Translations under genes and position numbers: made by a program
NCBI GenBank assembly: GCA_963836755.1
Contig: CAWIKF010000002.1
Location: 2,176,001 to 2,240,000 of the forward strand
Length of the DNA stretch: 64,000 bases
Direction: 5' to 3'
DNA from: an uncultured Verrucomicrobiae bacterium
Lineage (GTDB): Bacteria; Verrucomicrobiota; Verrucomicrobiia; Chthoniobacterales; Chthoniobacteraceae
Shown: positions 57,494 through 64,000 of the stretch, piece by piece
Layout: each line of letters starts with the position of its first letter
Numbering within the stretch: position 1 is the stretch's first letter
The notes under the pieces: generated by a model
What the model was told of the DNA's origin: nothing
What the model saw: only the letters and a program-made list of their open reading frames with translations
Databases searched by the model: none

Positions 57494-60388
57494 ATGTCAT
57501 TGATCAGTAAAAAGAAGAGTCAGTCATCCAAGGGCGCTCGCAAGAAGCGCTTCGGTTTTTTGAAGGCGGTCGCGTCCGCAATCTCCGTCCCGCTCCTCGC
57601 GCTCGGTTTTCCGCAATCGAGCGATGCGCTCGACGCGGTGAGCTACACCAGCGCGGGAACGACCTACACCCAAACCTTCAACACGTCCGATGGAGGTCTA
57701 CAAAGTCCCGCCGCGAACGTAGCCCCGGCCAGCGGCGGCGTCGGCGCGGCGTCGTCAATGGTTGAGTTGAACGACTCCACGGCGCTGGGCGCGCAAGCTG
57801 GCGGGGTTGGAATGACGGGATGGTATGTTGGAAATTCGGCGACTGCGAATGTTGTAAAGTTTGGCACTGACGCTGGCGGTTCAAACACTGGGTCTGCTTT
57901 CAACTACGGGTTGGTCGGCAACAATGATCGAGCTTTGGGTGGGGAAGCTTCTGGCAGCACTCAACCTTATTTTGGAGTGATTCTGCAGAACAATACCGCG
58001 CTCACACTCAATAACGTTACCATCGGTTTCACCGGTCTCGAGTATCGCAATCCATCCTCCACGGTAAACACGGATACGTTTTCGTATTTGTTGACGAATT
58101 CATCGACGGACAACTTTTATACGAATGGCTACACGGCAAATACCGCGCTCAATTTCAGCTCCGCCGCCTCCGGCAGCACGGGCGGTCCGGGCGCTCAAGC
58201 GGCGCAAAATCCGCCGGAAAATCTTGGCACCAAAAGCTTGAACCTTGGTGCCAGCACGGCGTGGGCACCGGGCCAATATCTCATTCTGCGCTGGTCAGAC
58301 TTGGATGAGTCCGGGAGCGACGCCGGCCTCGCGATCGATAACTTCACCTTCTCGGCAATACAGGCCGCCAACCCGCCGCAAAACCTGACGTGGAATGCGC
58401 TCAATGGAACGTGGAATCACGCCTCGGTGAACTGGACCGGCGGCACCACCAACATTTTCAACGATGGAGACACGGCGAACTTTACTGATGCAAACGTCGG
58501 TTCGGTCACGATTGAGGCGGCTGGAGTCTCGCCAGCCGCGACGAATGTCAGCAACACCACAGGCACATACACCTTTAGCGGCGGCCCGATCAATGGCAAC
58601 GGTGTGCTGGCCAAAACAGGCAACGGCATTCTCGACCTGACGGGCCAAAGCGGCGGCAACGGCTACGCCGGCGGGACCACGATCAACGGCGGAACGGTGA
58701 AGATCAACGCGGACAACCAGCTCGGCACCGGCGGAATCACGCTCGGCGGCGGCACGCTGGTGACCAGCTCATCGATTAGCTCGACGAAGACGATCGCGCT
58801 AACGGGCGCGACCAGCAACAAGTTCGACACGGGCGGCTTCAGCTCGGCATTCGGCGCGATCAGCGGCGGTGGCGATCTCACCGTGACCGGCAACGGAGGC
58901 TTGACGACGAACGGCATTTATACGCAAACGACCGGGGCACTGACTGTCGATAGCGGGACCACTTTTACGCTCGGTGCCAACGGCAGCTCGACGATAACCG
59001 GCGCGACGATCAACGGCGCTCTCGCCCTGTCCGCGAACCTGCGACTGAACTTTAACACCGGCACAACGAGCGGCACCGGGCAAGCTCAGGTGCTAAGCAG
59101 CGGGACATTGATCTCCAATACCTCTGGCGTTGCCGGAGGAACGGTGAATGTAAATATCGCGCTCAATAGCAACCTGATTCCTTTCACGAAGGGCGACGTG
59201 ACGCAGGCAACCTACGCGCCCGGCACTTTCGTCACGACGATTGGCGGCACGAAGTTGACGAACGCAGGTGACAACACACTCACCATCGGCGGCGTGATCT
59301 CCGGCGACTCTGACGTAAACTTTGCCAACAACAGCACCACGGGCGGAGGCAGCGGCCACACGCTGCTCAATGCAGTCGAACTTTACACCGGCACGACGAC
59401 GGTCAACGGCAATGGCGCCAATGTCATCATCGGTATCGACAACGCGCTCCCGACCGGCACCGACGTGATCTTCGGCACGCAGACTGGGATCGGTTCGCCG
59501 AACATTGATCTGCACGGGCACGTGCTGGCCATCGGCTCGCTTTCCTCGGGCGCGAACGGCAGCGGCTACGGCGTGACAAATACCGGCGCGGCCGACTCCA
59601 CGCTCACAGTGGGCGGCTCGACCACGCCGGCGAATGCCTTTACCGGAATTCTTTCCGATGGAGCAACCAACAAGCTCGGGCTCATCAAGAATGGCTCAAG
59701 CACTTTGACGCTAACTGGTGTGAACAGCTACTCCGGCGCGACGGCGGTCAATGGCGGCGCGCTCATTGTAGGCGTCGCGGGCGTCGGCTCTGCGGCGAAA
59801 TCAGACATCACCGTGACCAACAACGGCATGCTCGGCGGTTCAGGAACGGTCAAGTCCGTGACCATCAATTCTGGCGGCACGCTCTCGCCCGGCAACAGCC
59901 CTGGAACGATGACCACCACCGCCGCGGCCTTCATGGGCGGCGGTATCTACAAGCTCGAGATGAACCAGGCGACAAACCCGACCGCCGGGACGAACAACGA
60001 CTTGCTCGCTGTGAACGGCACGCTCGATTTGTCCTCGCTCAGCTCGGGCACGCCGTTCGTGTTGAAGCTACAGACGCTCGATGGCTCCAACAATCCCGCT
60101 GCGCTCTCCGACTTTAATCCGGCGTCGAACTATACGTGGACCTTTGCCACTGCCAACAGCATCACGAATCCGGCCGGCGTCTTTAACAGCAACCTGTTTT
60201 CAGTCGATCCCTCGGGCTTTGCCAATAACTACAACGGCACATTCAATGTCAGCGAAGCCGGAAACGCGCTGCAACTGCAATACCAGGCGATCCCCGAATC
60301 ACAGACTGGCGCGACGTTCGTCGGCGGAGCGGCGCTGCTGCTGGTCTGGAGACGGCGCCGGTCACGGCTGGCGCGCCTCGGCGCTTAA
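57494..60388 (+). CDS. Second large beta-strand-repeat surface protein with PEP-CTERM-like signal
   Basis: Signal peptide; autotransporter-associated repeats; LSPGNSPG; C-terminal AIPESQT-TM-RRRR. Confidence 0.88.
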   Translation: MSLISKKKSQSSKGARKKRFGFLKAVASAISVPLLALGFPQSSDALDAVSYTSAGTTYTQTFNTSDGGLQSPAANVAPASGGVGAASSMVELNDSTALGAQAGGVGMTGWYVGNSATANVVKFGTDAGGSNTGSAFNYGLVGNNDRALGGEASGSTQPYFGVILQNNTALTLNNVTIGFTGLEYRNPSSTVNTDTFSYLLTNSSTDNFYTNGYTANTALNFSSAASGSTGGPGAQAAQNPPENLGTKSLNLGASTAWAPGQYLILRWSDLDESGSDAGLAIDNFTFSAIQAANPPQNLTWNALNGTWNHASVNWTGGTTNIFNDGDTANFTDANVGSVTIEAAGVSPAATNVSNTTGTYTFSGGPINGNGVLAKTGNGILDLTGQSGGNGYAGGTTINGGTVKINADNQLGTGGITLGGGTLVTSSSISSTKTIALTGATSNKFDTGGFSSAFGAISGGGDLTVTGNGGLTTNGIYTQTTGALTVDSGTTFTLGANGSSTITGATINGALALSANLRLNFNTGTTSGTGQAQVLSSGTLISNTSGVAGGTVNVNIALNSNLIPFTKGDVTQATYAPGTFVTTIGGTKLTNAGDNTLTIGGVISGDSDVNFANNSTTGGGSGHTLLNAVELYTGTTTVNGNGANVIIGIDNALPTGTDVIFGTQTGIGSPNIDLHGHVLAIGSLSSGANGSGYGVTNTGAADSTLTVGGSTTPANAFTGILSDGATNKLGLIKNGSSTLTLTGVNSYSGATAVNGGALIVGVAGVGSAAKSDITVTNNGMLGGSGTVKSVTINSGGTLSPGNSPGTMTTTAAAFMGGGIYKLEMNQATNPTAGTNNDLLAVNGTLDLSSLSSGTPFVLKLQTLDGSNNPAALSDFNPASNYTWTFATANSITNPAGVFNSNLFSVDPSGFANNYNGTFNVSEAGNALQLQYQAIPESQTGATFVGGAALLLVWRRRRSRLARLGA

Positions 60389-60421
60389 GCAAATCCGCAA
60401 AGCAAATTTAGGGATAAAGGG

Positions 60422-60454
60422 AGGGGCGACAGTTGGGGGACTGTCGCCCTTTTT
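60422..60454 (+). terminator. Intrinsic terminator
   Basis: GGGCGACAGT...ACTGTCGCCC followed by TTTTT. Confidence 0.8.
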
Positions 60455-60488
60455 GCTGCCCGCACGCCAACGGAGCATCGGGGAAAAT

Positions 60489-60528
60489 ATTACGAGAAAT
60501 TTACCCAACCTTCACACAATTGTCACAA
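60489..60528 (+). promoter_or_regulatory. Four 11-bp-phased boxes
   Basis: ATTACGA, TTTACCC, TTCACAC, GTCACAA upstream of the response regulator. Confidence 0.55.
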
Positions 60529-60547
60529 TCGAGTCGAAAACTCCCGC

Positions 60548-61219
60548 ATGCCTCAGACTGTGCTCGTCGTCGATGATGAACCCGATGTCTTGACGCTCGT
60601 TCGGAAAAACCTCGAGCGGGAAGACTTCATCGTCCTCACCGCGGCGGACGGCGAGCAGGCGATGGAAAAGGCGCGCGCCAGCCGCCCCGATGTGATCATT
60701 CTTGACATCATGCTGCCGATGCTCAACGGCTACGAAGTCTGCCGCCAGCTTCGCGCCGACGCGGGCACATCTCACATCCCGTTGCTGATGCTGAGCGCCA
60801 AAGGCAATCAGCTCGAACGCATCGCCGGCTTCGAGCTCGGCGCGGACGATTACGTTTCAAAACCCTTCAGTCCGCGCGAGCTCGTCTATCGCGTGAAAGC
60901 GCTCGCGAGGCGCCTGCCGGTCGCGCTCACATCGGATGGCGTCAAAGGTTTCAAGGTCGACACGAAGAACATGAAAGTCTCGATCGATGGTCGGCCACTG
61001 AATCTCACGCCGACGGAGTTCAAGCTGTTCCGAAGCCTCATCGATCGCCGTGATGAAATTCTCACGCGCGAATTTCTGTTGTCGGATGTTTTACATTACG
61101 AAAGCAGCGCCAGCACGCGCACGATCGACACGCACATGCGGCGCATTCGCGAAAAACTCGGACGCTCCAGCGGCTGCATCGAAACCGTCCGCAGCTACGG
61201 CTATCGTTTTTCCACGTAG
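60548..61219 (+). CDS. OmpR/PhoB-family response regulator
   Basis: GADDYVSKPFSPREL, LTPTEFKL, RTIDTHMRRIREKL, ETVRSYGYRF. Confidence 0.93.
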   Translation: MPQTVLVVDDEPDVLTLVRKNLEREDFIVLTAADGEQAMEKARASRPDVIILDIMLPMLNGYEVCRQLRADAGTSHIPLLMLSAKGNQLERIAGFELGADDYVSKPFSPRELVYRVKALARRLPVALTSDGVKGFKVDTKNMKVSIDGRPLNLTPTEFKLFRSLIDRRDEILTREFLLSDVLHYESSASTRTIDTHMRRIREKLGRSSGCIETVRSYGYRFST

Positions 61220-61261
61220 AAAACCGACGCGACTTCTACGCATCCGTTGCGCCTGAAAAAG

Positions 61262-61301
61262 TTCACGCAGATGACACACATCGGTCATCCGTTCGTGACA
61301 T
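61262..61301 (+). promoter_or_regulatory. Four 11-bp-phased boxes
   Basis: TTCACGC, GACACAC, GTCATCC, GTGACAT; TATGTT -10-like box at 61310. Confidence 0.55.
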
Positions 61302-61324
61302 TTGCCCGCTATGTTCCCACCACA

Positions 61325-61549
61325 ATGGATCGCGACTCACTTTACTCCGCACTTCTTTCCATCGCCGTGATCGCCGAACGCATCGGTGAAGTTCGCCAGG
61401 ATTTGCCGCCGGGCGAAAGAGCCGCGCGGCTCGCGGAGATCCTCGGCGAAGCGCAGCTCGATTTGACGGTGGCCCAGGCGACGATCGCCCGCGAAGTGGG
61501 GCTGGAGCTTGATCGCGCGCATTGGCCGCCGCGCCTGCGGCGACTCTAG
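61325..61549 (+). CDS. Small helical hypothetical protein
   Basis: 74-aa ORF filling the gap, with promoter-like elements upstream. Confidence 0.55.
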   Translation: MDRDSLYSALLSIAVIAERIGEVRQDLPPGERAARLAEILGEAQLDLTVAQATIAREVGLELDRAHWPPRLRRL

Positions 61550-62001
61550 ACGCGCGTCAACTTTGGCGGGAAAAGCCAGACGAGCCGATTTTCCTCGCCG
61601 TCAAAATCGACGCGCGCCACGCCTGATTTCGCGAGCTTCACGCGCGCGCCCGTCAGCTCCTGCAGCACCGCGCTGAAGTCCGGCTCGTGGCCGACGATCA
61701 TCAATTCCTCGCCCGGATATTTTTCCATCAAACGCTCCAGCTTTTTCACATCGAAACCTTTTTTGAGCCGCGGCTCCGTCTCCACGCGCCGCTCGATTTT
61801 TTTCGCGATCAGCTCCGCCGTTTGATACGCGCGCGGCAGCGGGCTCGTGAGAATCACATCCGGCTTCACTTTCAAATCGCGTAAAAATTTCGCGACCCGC
61901 CGCACTTCCTTCTGTCCGGCCTGCGTCAACGGCCGTTCGTCGTCCGGCTTTTTCCAATCCGGCCAATCTGCTTCACCGTGGCGAAAGAAATAAAGGATCA
62001 T
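61546..62001 (-). CDS. sixA: Phosphohistidine phosphatase SixA
   Basis: RHGEA, RPLT, SPLPRAYQTA, VGHEP. Confidence 0.9.
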   Translation of the reverse strand: MILYFFRHGEADWPDWKKPDDERPLTQAGQKEVRRVAKFLRDLKVKPDVILTSPLPRAYQTAELIAKKIERRVETEPRLKKGFDVKKLERLMEKYPGEELMIVGHEPDFSAVLQELTGARVKLAKSGVARVDFDGEENRLVWLFPPKLTRV

Positions 62002-62127
62002 CGAGAGCTATCAATTCACCTGCATTGGCCTTGTCAACACCGGACGCGACCGATGCGACAGATGTTGCGCAATCGTAACATTGGCACCCGTTTTACTGCT
62101 GATAGCAGCCGTGTATGGTTTTCGAAA

Positions 62128-62988
62128 ATGATGACGGTGAAAAATAGCGCGTTAAAGTTCCGGCTTCGCGTTGAGGAAGCGGCTGGCGCCGGCATCAAGC
62201 GCCTCGTTCACGAGCAGATCTGCGCGGCCGTAAACGAACTGCAGCAGAGCAGCCACAATCAGCACGCGGTGCACGCCGCGCGCAAACATTTGAAAAAAGT
62301 TCGAGCGCTTCTGCGCTTGGTCTCGTGCAAATTCGAACGCGAGCAGCTGCAGAGTGAGAAACAAAGTTTTCGCGATGCCGCGGGCGCCATTGCCCCGTTG
62401 CGCGATGCGACCGTGCGGCTGAAAACTTTTGAAACGCTGGCTGGTCGCGATGAAAAGTTCCCGCTCGCGCGCTCGAGTTTGCAGTCCGAGTCAGACAAAC
62501 TTTACGAAAACGCCAGTGCGCCCATGCGCGAGGCGGCAACGCTTCTGAGCAGCGCCAGCGCTCGCGTCAACGATTGGCCGGTAGAAAACTTTGATGCGCG
62601 TGATTTGAGAAATGAGATCCGTCGCGCTTACAAAAAAGCGCGGCGCGCGCTGGACGTCGCGCGCGAAGATTCTTCGCAAATTCACGCGTGGCGCAAACGC
62701 GTGAAAACGCTCTGGTATGCCTTACGGATCTTCCGCGATCTTCTGCCGGGCACCGCCGGGGAGCTGACCGACAAAGCGGAAATTCTCGGAGAAATCGCCG
62801 GCAATCAACACGACCTCGTAATGCTCCGAGAAAAGTTGTGCGAGCTGCCGGGATGCAACCCGCTTCTCGACAAGATTGACGCGCACGACGCGGAATTGCG
62901 ACAGCGCGCCATCGATCTCGGCACGCAATTTTTCGCGGAAAAACCGCGAGCGTTTGCGCGGATGCTTGATCCGCTAAAGAAGCTCTAG
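62128..62988 (+). CDS. CHAD domain protein
   Basis: VHAARKHLKKVRALL, LRDATV, IHAWRKRVKTLWY, GNQHDL. Confidence 0.88.
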   Translation: MMTVKNSALKFRLRVEEAAGAGIKRLVHEQICAAVNELQQSSHNQHAVHAARKHLKKVRALLRLVSCKFEREQLQSEKQSFRDAAGAIAPLRDATVRLKTFETLAGRDEKFPLARSSLQSESDKLYENASAPMREAATLLSSASARVNDWPVENFDARDLRNEIRRAYKKARRALDVAREDSSQIHAWRKRVKTLWYALRIFRDLLPGTAGELTDKAEILGEIAGNQHDLVMLREKLCELPGCNPLLDKIDAHDAELRQRAIDLGTQFFAEKPRAFARMLDPLKKL

Positions 62989-63680
62989 TGCGCCGCGGCC
63001 AGCTCAGCCTTTGCCTCGGCGAGATCGTGCTGAAATTCCTCGTTTGCTTTCATGTCACTCACGATCGCCTGCGCCAGCACGCGCCCGCCGTAAATGTCGG
63101 TGGCATAATGCCGCGCAATTTCCACGCGATGCCAACCCATCAGCCGCGCGTGCGCGACGATCGCGTCGTGCTTGTCGGGAAAAAGTTCGCAAAGGACGAG
63201 CGCGAGCACCATCGATTCCGTCGAATGCCCGCTCGGGTAGCTGAAACTTTTCTCCAATTTACCCGTCGCGAGACTTGGATCCACGGCAAACGGACGCGGG
63301 CGTTTGTAAAAATCCTTCGTATTGTCGGTGACAGACTTTGCCGCGTTGAGCACGCGATCGAAAAACGCGGCGGTCTTTGGAAATTTTCCGCGTTGAAAAA
63401 AATCGCCGACGGCTGGCGTGAAATTGAAAACGTCGAATTCTTTTTCCGACAGCGCGGCTGCAGCCTCAGCGCTCGAGCATGCGTGCGAGACCTCGCGGAC
63501 TTCATTCAGATCCGCGGCCTGCTCCGGCGAATCCGGCTGTGGCGGCGGCGCGAGCAGCGCGGTCGCGTCGGGATGACCCGCAGAAACGTAATGCACGTCC
63601 TCGGCTGAGGCGTGGAGTGAAACTGCCGCGAAGGCGCATGCGCACGACGCTTGCAGGAGTATGGAGATGGATTTTTTCAC
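62985..63680 (-). CDS. PAP2-family acid phosphatase (class A NSAP-like)
   Basis: KDFYKRPRP, SYPSGH, RVEIARHYATD; signal peptide. Confidence 0.88.
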   Translation of the reverse strand: MKKSISILLQASCACAFAAVSLHASAEDVHYVSAGHPDATALLAPPPQPDSPEQAADLNEVREVSHACSSAEAAAALSEKEFDVFNFTPAVGDFFQRGKFPKTAAFFDRVLNAAKSVTDNTKDFYKRPRPFAVDPSLATGKLEKSFSYPSGHSTESMVLALVLCELFPDKHDAIVAHARLMGWHRVEIARHYATDIYGGRVLAQAIVSDMKANEEFQHDLAEAKAELAAAH

Positions 63681-63875
63681 GGTGTTGGTCGGTTGGGTTT
63701 TTCGCCGAGGGTTTGCGGCGAAGGATTTGGCGAGGTTGTAGCGGCGCCGCGTATCGTCGACAAGTTGCAAGTTGGGACTGTAAAAATGCTCCGACCGCGT
63801 CAGTGAAATTTAAAGCTCTGGAGCCGCGCCGAAGCCGACGTAGCGAAGCGCGCTCGGGCGTGTTAGCTTCCGCGG

Positions 63876-64000
63876 ATGGAGTTTCAGCTCGCTTCGGATT
63901 ATTCGCCGCAGGGCGATCAGCAGCAGGCGATTGAGAAGCTGACGAAATCGGTCGAGGCGGGGAATCGGCATCAAACTTTGCTGGGCGTGACTGGGTCGGG
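63876..64000 (+). CDS. uvrB: Excinuclease ABC subunit B, N-terminus (truncated by window)
   Basis: [22 protein letters not shown]...[10 protein letters not shown] (start of Walker A). Confidence 0.93.
   Translation, partial: MEFQLASDYSPQGDQQQAIEKLTKSVEAGNRHQTLLGVTGS

Noticed and set aside
62082..62097. Sigma-54 site upstream of the CHAD gene
   Set aside because: TGGCAC is present but the -12 position reads TTAC rather than TTGC.

Overview
Bacterial chromosomal window, most likely from a Verrucomicrobium (Chthoniobacter/Spartobacteria-like). That call is inferred from a four-gene Verru_Chthon-type pilin cassette, PEP-CTERM-like proteins and a DUF1080 gene. The backbone is housekeeping (ugd, trmD, PBP1A, ptsH, kdsD, folD, dnaX-ybaB, resB-ccsA, ridA-pyrE, deaD, rpsI-rplM, glgA, murU/amgK-like, cbpA, oppBC, sixA, uvrB) plus several two-component genes. 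There are two accessory zones. (1) ~29.7-34.6 kb is a decaying defence-like island: the N-terminal TIR and C-terminal DUF4365-like ends of an apparently split gene enclose a REP-flanked Y1 transposase and a two-gene wHTH + HEPN-like unit, followed by an addiction module whose toxin carries an amber stop. (2) ~46.3-61.5 kb is a surface-protein locus whose promoters share phased sequence boxes. The most striking unexplained signal is a module that occurs twice independently: a degenerate 21-nt-period tandem array just upstream of a ~210-220 aa signal-less helical + FN3-like protein (33.5-34.5 kb and 52.7-53.7 kb). The second copy is bracketed by a 32-bp direct repeat. Other signals are an A9 slippage tract in dnaX, a sigma-54-driven 25-aa membrane peptide and a candidate structured 5' leader. 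No tRNA, rRNA or CRISPR-Cas was seen. All calls come from reading motifs by eye; no database searches were run.
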